Below, one piece after another: positions 1 through 11,574 of a stretch of DNA of 64,000 nucleotides (position 1 is its first letter; each line of letters begins with the position of its first letter). Location of the stretch: positions 47,864,001 through 47,928,000 of the forward strand of contig NC_135661.1 of the NCBI RefSeq assembly GCF_964188315.1. The letters run 5' to 3'. The notes beneath the pieces were generated by a model. That model was not told the origin of the DNA, made no database searches, and saw only the letters and a list, made by a program, of their open reading frames with translations. A program made the position numbers and the translations under genes. The stretch comes from Podarcis muralis. Lineage: Eukaryota.

Positions 1-20
1 ATAAATCCAGCACTGCCAAC

Positions 21-340
21 TAAGACTCATATAAAGACCAGGCCAGTGGCCCATGTAGTGCAGCATCCTGTTCTCACAGCATAGGAGCCAACTCCAAGGG
101 GCCAAGGTCCCTTCAGTCCCCCCCCAAAAAATAATAATAATTAAGGGGGCATCCCCCAAAGATGATGACCATTCAAATGGTGTAGGTGAGCCCTGTCATA
201 CAATCGATTGTGTGGGGCAGGGCTTACCTGCCCCCCCCCCCATTTTATTCAAGTTGGCCAGTGGCCAGCAACATGCCCATGAGAAGCCCACAGGCAGGGC
301 ACCTTATTCCAATGACACTCTCACCGCCTGTGGTTTGTCA
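21..340 (-). mobile_element. Degenerate CR1 LINE 3'-UTR fragments
   Basis: 21-80 (gaccaggccagtggcccatgtagtgcagcatcctgttctcacag) aligns with the reverse complement of the CR1 tails at 6080-6150 and 33990-34060; a weaker continuation lies at ~255-340. Confidence 0.5.
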
Positions 341-510
341 TCCTGGAAGACAAAGTGGCCAACTTCCTGTAACAATGAAGAAGAACACTTCATAATACAA
401 TATTTTGTTGCATTTGTTTGCAGATGTTTCCCCCATTCAACTTTTTAATTTAGGATGGGCAATGTTTCTGTGGAGCTGCCTTGAGCAGGAAACTCTTTTG
501 TCACACAGGC

Positions 511-957
511 TGTTAGAATTCCTGCTCCATGATTGCAGTCTTGGGGTTGTTGTCTATCACATGATGGTATATGTTTTGACTCCACAGAGTGGGAAGTGAT
601 GGAGACAGGATGTTTGTGTTACTGTGTTCCGTGAAGTGGGACTATTGTCCTTTGTTCTTCTTCACTTTGCTGTCTGATGCTAGAGAGAGAGGGAGCCATG
701 TTGCAGTGCTCTGTGTGTGTTTATATGTAAATAAAGTAGATTAGCCAAAATGCTGAGTTGCTGAGGTCTGTTACGCAAGCTGCACAAACTCTGTGGATCC
801 CTAAGTGTGCCGATATCTGTTGGCATCAGTCGCTGTGATGTTCGGGCAGAAGAAAGCTTTCGAAGCTCCCGAACTATTGACCAAGAGGGAGAGAACATGC
901 CAGTAGGGCATTTGTCTCTGCCAGGGTCCTACTCAAGTGTAGGACAAGCTCCTGACA
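511..957 (+). mobile_element. Solo LTR (Gypsy/ERV-type), 447 bp
   Basis: Termini TGTTAG...CTGACA (imperfect inverted repeat, TG..CA); perfect 5-bp TSD CAGGC at 506-510 and 958-962; AATAAA at 730-735. Confidence 0.8.
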
Positions 958-1026
958 CAGGCATAGAGTAGTTGCTTTGGAAGACGATCATCAGTCATCC
1001 ACACAACATGACCAGCCCAACGAAGT

Positions 1027-1558
1027 TGGGAAGACAGGCAAACTAATACCAGTGTACTGGAAGAAGCAAAGATCACCAGTGTTGAAGCAATGATTCTTCA
1101 ACATTAATTGATGTGTATATTTTTTCGGAGACACTCTATTCTAAACTTAAAAATGGAAAGTGTAATACTGGTGGTCAACAAAAGAGGTTTAAAGACTGTC
1201 TCAAAGCAAATCATAAAAAATGTAGTATAAAAACTGACAACTGGGAAACACTGGCCTTCGAGCCAGTGAGTTTGAGTTGGAGTTGAACTGTGAGTTGGAG
1301 AACAGCCTTTACCAAAGGTGTCATGGGCTTTGAAGATACTCGAACTCAGGATGCAAGGGAGAAACGTGCTAAGAGGAAGGCACACTTGGCAAATCCACAC
1401 CATGATCAACTCCCACCCAAAAACCAATGTCCCCACTGTGGAAGGACGTGTGGATCCAGAATTGGCCTCCACAGTCACTTACGGACTCAGTGTTAAAACT
1501 GTGTTTATGGAAGACAATCTTCCTCAGCCAAGAGTGATCACCAAAGAAGAAGAAGAAG
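1027..1558 (+). mobile_element. 5'-truncated RTE-clade LINE, 3' end with C-terminal zinc-finger remnant
   Basis: Translates to RTE ORF2 C-terminal motifs (QKRFKDCLKAN; CPHCGRTCGSRIGLHSHLRTQC in ORF 1290-1496); ends in a (GAA)n tail at 1545-1558; homologous to 54121-54800. Confidence 0.9.
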
Positions 1559-2339
1559 GTTAGTGGTCCTAGGAAAGAAGTCTCAAGTCTGCCTGCAAGT
1601 TTGCTGAGTTTGGGGAAGAATTGGCAAGCTTATACAGCTAGTGGGTAGCAGCACACCATGGTTGCCCTAGCTGTGTGAGGATTGGATGAATCCCATGAGA
1701 CTAAAAATAATGGTGCCTATAGGGCACATGCTTTCATACCAGACATTTTCCAGGTAGGAAAAGAAAGGCATCATGCTAGTTTTGGAAGAAACTCAAAGGT
1801 GTATGTGCTGAAGTTGAAAATTTTGAACGATAAAACACAAAAATGCTGCAGTGGCTGAAATTGCTGTAGAGATGGACATCAGTGCTAGTTCACTGGAAAC
1901 AAACGTACTGGAAAAAATTCACTACAAAAAAAAAATCTTGGTTATATAGGAGTTCCTACATTTTCTAAAGGACAAAGGGATGGAGGCAGCGAAGTCACAT
2001 AGGCAGACTTAGAAGTATTTGAGCTGAATCTGATTATCAGTGTCTGAAAGAGTAGCTGTACTGTAGGACTGCTTTTTTAAATGATAAAGAAGTAATAAAA
2101 GGTAGGGGCTGTAGCTAAAGCTCAGGTATTTCTGAGACCACAGAACACTACAGCTAGTCATATTTGATATTATTACACTATGTACACCATGGGTTTGACT
2201 CAACAGAAGTCAACCATTTACATCTAGTTATGATGGGAGCCATGAAAAAGGCAAATTGCATGCTAAGGAGCATGAGGAAAGGAATTGAAAATAAAACAGC
2301 CAATATCACAATGCTGTTATGCAAACAGATGATGTGAAT

Positions 2340-2600
2340 GGACCTGGAATATGGTGTACAGTTCCGGTTTTCTCACCTTAAAGAAGATTTTGTTGAGTTG
2401 GAGGAGGTTCAGAAAAGGGCAACTGAAATGATCAAGGGCATGGAGCAAATTCCCCATGAAGAAAAGTAGCAGCATTTGGGACTTTTTAGTTTAGAGGAAT
2501 AGTGAGTAAGAGATGACATGGTAGTTTATAAAATTATGCACAATATGCAGCAAGTGGATAGAGACCCCACCCCGACACTAAAACTAATGGATATCCAATG
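2340..2600 (+). mobile_element. Old CR1 LINE ORF2 3' fragment
   Basis: Degenerate match to the CR1 LEYCVQFW...[14 protein letters not shown]...GLFSLE region (ctggaatatggtgtacagttc; gaggttcagaaaagggcaactgaaatgatcaaggg); stops and frameshifts are present. Confidence 0.75.
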
Positions 2601-2759
2601 AAGCACAGTTTCTATCCCACCCTTCCTCTCAAATGAGTCCATGGCAGCAGACACGAACCTATTAAAATATTAAATTGAAACAAAAAATTATAAAATTAGT
2701 CAGAAAACTTTACAGCTAATATTTTCAAAGTTGCCAGGAACCATATCTTACATCCATCA

Positions 2760-2945
2760 AATGCCTGGGCAAAGAGGGATGTTTTTAAGTTACTCTTGAA
2801 AGTTAATATTGAGGAAGATGGGTGCACCTCCCTGGGATGGCATTCTTCAAATGGGGAACCACTGCTGAGGAAGCCCTGTCATGGGACAATGCCAACCAGG
2901 TAGCACCCAGAGGCCAAACTACCGACACGCCTTTCCTGGTTGATC
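2760..2945 (-). mobile_element. Old L2 LINE 3' fragment
   Basis: Resembles the reverse strand of the L2 3' region seen at 27920-28030 (ggaaccactgctgaggaagccctg vs tgccactaccgagaaggccctc). Confidence 0.45.
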
Positions 2946-4440
2946 ATAAGATCTGAAATTGTTCATATTGCTGGAAGCATGCTTAACAACATATATTGAT
3001 GAATGAAGTGGGTGGGAGGAATATCTACATAGTGCCCCACCTACAGGATTTTTCACTATTTCTGTAACAACATACCCACAGATGGCTCTTGCTAGGATAT
3101 TTCACACTTTACCATGTGCTGTGTGTATGGACGAATGTGTCAGTTTGTGTTCCACTTCATATACATGGAGACTGCGTTCCCCTTCAAAGACTGCAAAAAA
3201 TGTTTGACCAAACAATTGGTCAGCAAAGTCACCCTGGCCTTAAGCAAATCTCAAGAAAGGGCTACAGTAATAAACACACAGAGAATGAACCAGCTTCAGT
3301 AAGCACAGAGTGTACCAGAACTTCATAGGATAGCAAAAACAGTCAGATGCATGTTAATTTTATTTTTAAATGACAGCACTGGTCATGAGATCAGAGCCGT
3401 ATCAAAGAAATTTATTGTCTATAAATTAGTTGGAGAACGAGAATGGAACTGATAATGCCATCAAATAATATATATGTGTTAGGGAAGTGGTTGTACCAGA
3501 AATTTTGGTTGAAACAATGTGCATCAACAGAGAAGTCATCAAAAATGTATACTGCTTCATTCCAGATGGTAAAAAATGTTATTTTGCCATGTCTCACACA
3601 AACAAAAATGCAGTCTAACAATTCACTGCGGGGGGGGGGAGGGGAAGGCAACGCAAATAATAAGGGATGGACTTGTGGGGGCAGTATCCCCCATCCATGC
3701 ATAAAAGTGAATGTCTCTAATTACTGAGCTACAATCCCTGCCCATCATTGACTATAGCTCCCAGTTGAGAGTGCAGATGTGATGGCAAAGCCAGTTTGAC
3801 TCTGCATAATGTATGAAACATCCCTCTGGAGCATGCTAAAACATGGCCTCCTCTTTTGAAAGCATGGTTGTCTAAGAGGTTGAGACTGGTGTGCAGAGTG
3901 AGCCAACTATCCTGGCAAAGTTCTTGTGACTTTTGTTTTTGTTTTAGAAGTACAAACTGAAAACAAATGTCCCTGTCAAGTTTCTCCCATGCCTGATTAG
4001 GGAGGCCTGTGGCCTTCTAATTGGTAATACTACGCTGTTCCCAGGGCTCTAATAGTGACACATGGCTAATTACTGACCCTTTCAAACGTTGAGTGTGCTG
4101 ACCTTATCTTGCTCTCGAAAGTATCATTTGTTGTTTAATTACAGCCTTCAGTGACTTTAGTCCTGGCCTGTTTTGAGAGCCAACCAGGTCCTAAGGGAAA
4201 AGAGAAGGAGATGCTGGAATAAAGCAACCACTGGATATATTTTGTGCCCCAATGAGGGTCCTAGTCCACAACTGTCAGGTCTGGGTCTTGACAAAGTGCC
4301 TATACTTTTTAAATTCATAAACCCCTATGTGTGCTTGCAGCTGCTGTGCCTCTAGCAGTCTTCTAACTCTCTTCTCTAAGGATAGGGGAGAAATTTGGTT
4401 CACATTTTAAACCAAATTTACCTAATTTGTACTACCTGAA

Positions 4441-4617
4441 CCTAAGAAGTTGTTTTATACTGGTTCAGCCAAAGCGGTATTGTCTGCCGTGGCGGCAGCA
4501 GCTCCACATGTTTTCAGATGGAAGACATTCCTGGTCCTACCGAACATTGAACCTGGGGCCGTTTGCATGCAAAGCAAATACTCTAGCACTGAGCTACTGG
4601 CCTCCCCCAATAGGCAC
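4441..4617 (-). mobile_element. Degenerate tRNA-derived SINE (Squam2-like)
   Basis: On the minus strand it carries a tRNA-Ala-like head (gtagctcagtgctagagtatttgctttgcatgcaaacggccccaggttcaatg) and the family 3' tail. Confidence 0.6.
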
Positions 4618-4644
4618 TTCACCAAATATTGTGATGTTTTTCTC

Positions 4645-4891
4645 CCAGCAGCAACAGAAATGTGTGTATTACATGCAGGTGTGCACAAAAAGTGTACACA
4701 CTGGGAAAAAATAATTAGTATATGCATTCTATTAAGGGAAAGTGCTTCCAAAAATGGGCACTGTGTTCTTAGGAGACATGGGCCCTAAAATGGTAGCCAA
4801 TTTTTGTGAAGACAAATCTATGTGAATGTGTGACAAACTGAACTTTAAGACTGGGGAAGTGAAAAACTTATATAAAACTGAAATGGATAGA
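4645..4891 (-). repeat. Old AT-rich dispersed repeat (copy 1 of at least 6)
   Basis: Local similarity to 55130-55445 and to the reverse complement of 12560-12990 and 16937-17316. Confidence 0.4.
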
Positions 4892-4893
4892 TA

Positions 4894-5369
4894 CAGTGGT
4901 ACCTCAGGTTAAGTACTTAATTTGTTCCAGAGGTACGTACTTAACCTGAAACTGTTCTTAACCTGAAGCACCACTTTAGCTAATGGGGCCTCCTGCTGCT
5001 GCTGCCGCACAGCCAGAGCACGATTTCTGTTCTCATCCTGAAGCAAAGTTCTTAACCTGAAGCACTACAGTGATACCTTGGGTTAAGTACTTAATTCGTT
5101 CCGGAGGTCCGTTCTTAACCTGAAACTGTTCTTAACCTGAAGCACCACTTTAGCTAATGGGGCCACCTTCTGCTGCCGGGCCGCTGGAGCACAATTTCTG
5201 TTCTCATCCTGAAGCAAAGTTCTTAACCTGAAGCACTATTTCTGGGTATACAGTGGAGTCTGTAACCTGAAGCGTATGTAACCTGAGGTACTACTGTATT
5301 TCTGGGTTAGCGGAGTCTGTAACCTGAAGCGTATGTAACCTGAAGCACATGTAAGCTGAGGTACCACTG
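4894..5369. mobile_element. Tc1/mariner Tigger(pogo)-like MITE, outer copy containing a nested copy
   Basis: TIRs CAGTGGTACCTCAG / CTGAGGTACCACTG; TA at 4892-4893 and 5370-5371; many internal AACCTGAAGC repeats. Confidence 0.9.
5068..5296. mobile_element. Same Tigger-like MITE family, nested inside 4894-5369
   Basis: Starts CAGTGATACCTTGG and ends GAGGTACTACTG; TA at 5066-5067 and 5297-5298; the outer element resumes exactly at the interrupted agcacTA|tttctgggttag. Confidence 0.9.
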
Positions 5370-5399
5370 TATGTCCAGCCTTACTCTCCTCCTGCATCT

Positions 5400-6150
5400 C
5401 ATTACAGAGGTGTGTAACATTATGCTAGGTGTGGAGAAAGTGGAGGAGGAGAGGTCCCCCCCCCAATATTAAAAAGAAAGTACTTCTTCACATAGTCCAT
5501 AAATTATGGAACAGTGGTGCCTCGCTAGACGAAAAGAATCCGTTCCGCGATTCTCTTCGTCTAGCGGTTTTTTCGTCTTGCGAAGCAAGCCCATTGACAG
5601 CTTAGCAGATTAGCGCTACAGCGGTCTAGCGGCTTTTCACGATCAGCTGTTAAACGGGTTATCAGCGGAACAGCTGATAGGCGGCTTAGCGGCTTAGGAA
5701 AGGGGGGGAGCGAAAAAAACCCGCGGGGACACGCAAGATTTTTTCGTCTTGCGAAGCATCCCATTAGGGAAATTCGTTTTGCGAAGCGCCTCCAAAACGG
5801 AAAACCCTTTCGTCTAGCGGGTTTTCCGTCTTGCGAGGCGTTCGTCTTGTGGGGCACCACTGAATTTGCTCCCACAAGAGGCAGAGATGGCCACCAACTT
5901 TGATGGCTTTGAAGAAGGATTTGAACAAATGCATGGAGGATATAGCTTCCTATGACTTCCTATTAGCTATGGTGGCTAAGTTCTGCCTCCACTGTAGGAG
6001 ACAATATGCCCCTGAAGGAGAGGAGGGTGCTATGTCACTCAGGTCGTGCTTTTTCATCTTCACCAGGCATCTGGTTGGCCCCTGTGAGAACAGGATGTTG
6101 GACTAGATGGGCCATTGTCCTGGTCCAGCAGACTCTTCTTACGTTCTTAT
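5400..6150 (+). mobile_element. Old CR1 3' end interrupted by a MITE
   Basis: CR1 ORF2 end and 3'UTR motifs (tggccaccaactttgatggcttt; tgtgagaacaggatgttggactagatggg; ttcttacgttctta tail); homologous to 33499-34060. Confidence 0.75.
5512..5862. mobile_element. Second Tigger(pogo)-like MITE family, CpG-rich
   Basis: TIRs CAGTGGTGCCTCGCTAGACGAA / TTCGTCTTGTGGGGCACCACTG; repeated internal TTCGTCTTGCGAAGCA motif; flanked by AA on both sides. Confidence 0.85.
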
Positions 6151-8709
6151 TTAATGTAGGACAAACTTAAAGGCATGATCTCTATAGCAAAAAGACTTGT
6201 GGAAAAGTTGGTTAATAGAATAGCACGCCACAGTCATGTTCCCCTAAAGAAAAGACTTACTGTTTTCTTCCTGGAATGGTGGACCTTTCATAAAGTGGCT
6301 TCTGCTGACAATCAGAGAGGCGAGGGGAGCTTGCCTTATAAGCTCTCTTAACTCCCTAAATCCTGCCATTTTCTGTTCACAAAAATACATAGCATAATAA
6401 CAAACTAAACAATAACACACACACCCATTTTAAAAAGCCATAGATTATTTAATTAGCCGAAGGCCTGGGGGAAGACATTTCCATCAGAAACATTTCCCCC
6501 AGAAAATTTCATTAGTTTGCTCTTTTCCATGTTGGAATATATATATTTGTTTGGGGAGGGGGGGAGGGGGGTTGTAGCCATCACAAAAGACCACACTCTG
6601 TTGTATATAAATAATCAATAAGGTATTTCTTATTTGCTTTTGTTTCATCCTGGGGTTTGGGGAAAGGGTAAAAATTTGTAATTTATAAATTGTGACCCTG
6701 ATGCTGCATTTTCCAACCCCGATTTCCCCTTTGATGGGGATATTTTTATGAGCCATATGCCAGGGATGAAGTGGAACTTCAGAGGGGATAAAAAAGAGAT
6801 CTCATTAGAGTGTGCCTTTTTACTTATTGTCAGTGTTTAATTAGTTTGACTGTGTTCATGTTTATACAGAAAATGGTATGGCCTCAATATAATTAGAGGT
6901 CAGCAACAAATGCCATTTAATTTAGTCATGTTATGAGTAGGAAAAAAGAATATGTGGGACGAAATGTCCCCATTTCAGAAACAGATTGGCTGCAAAGCAC
7001 TGAGAAAGAAATCTGCTTGTTTATTTAGGATTTCTTCATGTTCAGTGTCACACACAACAAAGTCCTGCTTTGTAAAGGAGACAAACTTTGGGCAAAAAGA
7101 AGGAGCTGCTTAACCCTTTCAGCGTCAGGCATTAGAGATAGAATTTTCATTAAATCTCAATGTCAAGTTTAGCTGCATGGATTTCTTTTCCTGAAATTCC
7201 CATCTCACATTTGATATGGGTGAGAAGTGAGTTGGCTTTTTTTTTAGTAGTAGTTCCATTAAAAATAAGAACAATATTTATATAATATATGCATTATATT
7301 GCTGGTAATATTATATCATGCACATATACAATCCAGATTTTCTAAAGTAGTCTGTGCATGAACTGATACATGCAAGATTGCAAATAACTATAGAAAATAC
7401 TTAAATGGAATAACACTTATAATATATCTGCAGCATCATTTTATAATGCATAGGGCTTTACCATTTTGGATATATAGTGTATGCACTTCTGCATATAATG
7501 TTGCATATAATTAGTTTTTTAAAAAAGTAAACACAACAATACATGAGCGGCACTGACATAGCAAGATGCTTAATGCAAGAGGTGGTCCATTGGAGCTGAT
7601 GGAAGTTCTATTCCAAAACATCTGGAGGGCACCAGGTTGACAAAGGCTGGCCTAAGTAAATGTTGTTGAAAAGTGAAAAGCTTGCTTGATTTTTGCAATC
7701 CAGGAGGATTTCACACAAAGATGTACCCAGAAACATCAACAAACCAAGAGAGATAGAGAGAAATAACCTTTATATAGGATTCAGCGAAACATGCAGTCAT
7801 CCAATTGTTGAAAACCATCCATTGTATCAAACTGTCAGTCAATCAGCAGACAATAAAAAAATGAAGTATCAGTTTGATCAACACACCATATTTTTGGAAC
7901 CAACTTCTAGAACTTTTTAATCCAACTTTTTATTTTTATTTTAAGAAATTCATTTTAGGAAGATCAAGCAAAAAACCTACACCCTATATGGATATAAAAG
8001 GTGGGCCGTAGGATGCAGTCTTGTGAGAGACAAGAGTCTGGAACTAGCTAATAGTCAGAACTCAATAGTAGGTCTGCACTGATTGAGAAACCTGGAGGCA
8101 GAATTTGACAGAATAAGCAATGACCCAAGGACTAAAGAATAACCAAGAATGCAGTGACGCAAGCTAGAGCTCAGGAAGCTTTCTCCTAAGGCCAGAAAGC
8201 ATGGCTCAATTGGAACAGGAAGCCCTTTAATACTCCTTCCTGCCCACGAGAATACAATGTATAAATTACATAAGCAAAAGACATCCTATGGTGTTTCACT
8301 GGGAAGCTGCTGTGTGCAATTCAACAATTCATCACATGGAGCAACTGTACAAATATCCAGCAATTCCTGCCAATGGGTCACTCCAAAAGGCAGATAAGGA
8401 ACCTATGGCCCTCCACATAAAATTGGAATTAACTCTCATAATCCCTGACCATTATCCAAGCTCATTGGAGATGAAGGGAGTAGTAGTCCAATGAATGGTA
8501 AACATCAGTGAAGGTACTAGAAGCACAATGGAAAAATTCTCTAGTGGATGTCTTTTTACAGGACAGGAAGTGAAGCTAAGTTTCAAGGCCAGGAGACAAG
8601 AGGATGAAAGAAGACATAATGGGAAACTTTGGGGAAATTATATTGATTTTGAATGCTATAGCAAGCAAGGGTCTAGAAAGCAACCCTTATTAGAAATAAT
8701 TGAGAGTGT

Positions 8710-9066
8710 TGGGTATGTATAGCCTGGATAAGATGAGACTGAGAGCAGATACGACAGCCATCTTCAAATATCTTAAGGACTGTCACATGGAAGATGGAGC
8801 AAACTTGTTTTCTCCTGCTTCAGAGGGTAGGACCAGAACCAATGGATTCAAGTTACAAGAAATAAGATTCCAATTAAACATCAGGAATAACTTTATGACA
8901 GTAAGAACTGTTCAGCAGTGGAATGGACTCCCTTGGGAGATGGTTTTTACAGTGGTTAGATGGTCCTCTGTCATGGATGCTTTAGTTGATATTCCTGCAT
9001 TTGCAGGGGGTTTGACCACATGGTCCTCAGGGTACATCCCAACTCTACTATTCTATGATTCTATGA
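8710..9066 (+). mobile_element. 5'-truncated CR1 LINE 3' end
   Basis: ORF 8700-9152 contains the CR1 ORF2 C-terminus (GMYSLDKMRLRADTTAIFKYLKDCH...RTRTNGFKL...VQQWNGLP); tail ctatgattctatga at ~9053-9066. Confidence 0.9.
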
Positions 9067-9578
9067 CATCCGAAGGGGTGTCTTGTGGCTCCAAAAGATG
9101 TTCTTGGCATATTATATGGAAAGGAAGAAACACCCATTTCTCTTTCTTTTAGCACTACACACATTTCAAAATTATTGACAATTAACCAGTGACTGACATA
9201 TTGAGTTGTATTCAACTAGAACCTAATTAGAACCATTGACATTAACAGATAAATGTGTCTACAATGACACTCTGTATCCAAGAGGGCTTTAAATTTCAGG
9301 TTTTTTGGCAACAGCTTTCCCTGGACCTCATTAGAATAGAAAAGTTTATGCAAAACTGTTTGGGTGTTAATGGTACATCGCTATAAAGTCATCCCAGTGC
9401 TGACAAACATTCAAAGTAAGACATATAAGACTAAATGACTAATTGACTGACTAATATATAAGAAAAGAATCCCATCTCACTCCTAGGAGTCATTGGGACT
9501 GAATCATGGAATTGTAAAGCTGGAAGGAACCCCAAGGGTCATCTAGTCCTACCATCTGCAATGCAAGAATTACAATTA

Positions 9579-9804
9579 CAGTGGTACCTCAGGTTACATA
9601 CGCTTCAGGTTACACACTCTGCTAACCCAGAAATAGTGCTTCAGGTTAAGAACTTTGCTTCAGGATAAGAACAGAAATTGGGCTCCGGCGGCGCAGCAGC
9701 AGCAGGAGGCCCCATTAGCTAAAGTGGTGCTTCAGGTTAAGAACAGTTTCAGGTTAAGAACGGACCTCCGGAATGAATTAAGTACTTAACTTGAGGTACC
9801 ACTG
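9579..9804. mobile_element. Tigger-like MITE (same family as 4894, opposite orientation)
   Basis: CAGTGGTACCTCAGG...TGAGGTACCACTG with TA at 9577-9578 and 9805-9806. Confidence 0.9.
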
Positions 9805-9886
9805 TAAGGGCAGAAGGCAGGGAGGCCGGCAGTAAGTGGAATCATAGCTTGTGATAGGCAGATTCAGAGATAATGGCAGCTAATTA

Positions 9887-10127
9887 CAGTGGTACCTTGG
9901 GTTACAGACACTTCAGGTTACAGACGCTTCAGGTTACAGACTCCGCTAACCCAGAAATAGTACCTCGGGTTAAGAACTTTGCTTCAGGATGAGAACAGAA
10001 ATCGTGTGACAGTGGTTCAGTGGTAGGGGAGGCCCCATTAGCTAAAGTGGTACCTCAGGTTAAGGACAGTTTCAGGTTAAGAACAGACCTCCAGAATGAA
10101 TTAAGTTCTTAACCCGAGGTACCACTG
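9887..10127. mobile_element. Tigger-like MITE (same family as 4894)
   Basis: CAGTGGTACCTTGGG...CCCGAGGTACCACTG with TA at 9885-9886 and 10128-10129. Confidence 0.9.
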
Positions 10128-10998
10128 TATAGTTTTCTCCCTCCTGAGTTCCACAAGGGCAACACCGAGCGTAAGGAGAAAGAAGAGGATATGCAATTCC
10201 AACCCCTGGACTTGTTCATGTATATAGGAAAGCAGGCAGGTGGGGCTGGCTGAGGGCAGACTAAGGTTGATGAGGCAGTTCCCCATTTCCCTTAACTGGC
10301 AAGTTCTTCACTGGTAGTTTTTCAACCTTTGAGAAACATGTCATTAACACATGTCAAGAACTATGAAACATTAAAACACAAATTGTTCTTAAAAATCATC
10401 TTTATTATCTGTAGCCAAACATTTACAATGCATCAGTAAATTTCTGGGCTTTCATAAATGATCAAATAGCAGAACTAATGTTGCAACTCTATACATGTCT
10501 ACTCAGAAGTAAATCCCACTGACTTAAATGAGTATAGGACTGCAAACTCAGTCATCAAGATAAGGTTTTTGCAGAGATTATTTGTAGGCACAGCGTGGTT
10601 CCTTAAATACTGGAGAGAAACCATTGCTTTTTATTAGCAGCAGGAGATTTTTTGGAAAAGGGGTAAACAAAATATTTCAAAGGTACAAAAGGTACAAAAT
10701 ATCTTGTCTTGTGTGTGAGGAGAATTCCAAAATTCACCTATGTGTGTTGTGATTAAAAAGAGGAATGTGCAGAAACAAGGCCAATGTGATCTATTGATAC
10801 TTGAGCTCCATGATTTAAATATTCTGCTGGACAACTTTGTTTTACTGGTGTTGAAAAAAATGAAATAAATGTGAGGGAATTCCTGTTCTTTGTTTGCCTC
10901 ACCCTAAATGATGACAGATTTTTGCAACTAACAAAGATTTCAAAGACTCAAAACTGATTTAGGGGTAATGGGGAGTCTAATATTCAATTAGTCTAGGT

Positions 10999-11361
10999 CA
11001 GAGGTCGGCAAGGCTTACCGGGCATGGGCCGGATCACTCCTGCAGAGATCCTCCATGGGCAGGGCCGGCACAGCGTCACACCAGAAATCACTTCTGCGCA
11101 TGCCCAGATGCCGAAAATCACTTCTGCGCAGAAGCGATTTCCAGTGCCGCGGACATGTGCAGACGCATTTTCTGGCATCTGGGCATGCACAGAAATGATT
11201 TCCAGGGCTGCGGAAGAGAGTCCCCACGCTGTGTTGCGCCGGTTTAGCACAGCACACAGGGACTCACCGAGCGGATGGCTAGGTTTGGGGTGGCTTGTGG
11301 GCCGGTTAAACAGTCTTCATGGGCTGCTTCAGGCACATGGGCTTTAGGTTGCCAACCCCTG
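10999..11361. mobile_element. Non-autonomous hAT (Charlie-like) element, 363 bp
   Basis: TIRs CAGAGGTCGGCAA / TTGCCAACCCCTG; 8-bp TSD GTCTAGGT (10991-10998) / GTCTAAGT (11362-11369); internal inverted repeat between ~11085 and ~11203. Confidence 0.9.
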
Positions 11362-11574
11362 GTCTAAGTAGAGACCAGCAAATGCAGCATATGTTGGTAG
11401 AATTGTCAGCAGTGCTTTAGGTGGAAGACACCACCTTAGGAAAACACCTGCATGTAGAAAGCTAATGCATCAGGACAGAAAATTCTAACTTAGACTTCTG
11501 CCTGCTGTGTTAGTTTTCCATAGTCCCTATAGACAAACACACACACATACTTGTTTACTCAGCACCAGAACTCA

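Noticed and set aside
3082-3330. Overlapping open frames on both strands with plausible splice sites (also 3412-3727)
   Set aside because: I recognise no family, and no consistent acceptor/donor/frame combination stands out over the alternatives.
4894-5369. Regularly recurring AACCTGAAGC motifs superficially resembling a CRISPR array
   Set aside because: The spacers are not unique and the unit is bounded by TIRs and TA duplications. It is a nested MITE in eukaryotic DNA, and no cas genes are present.
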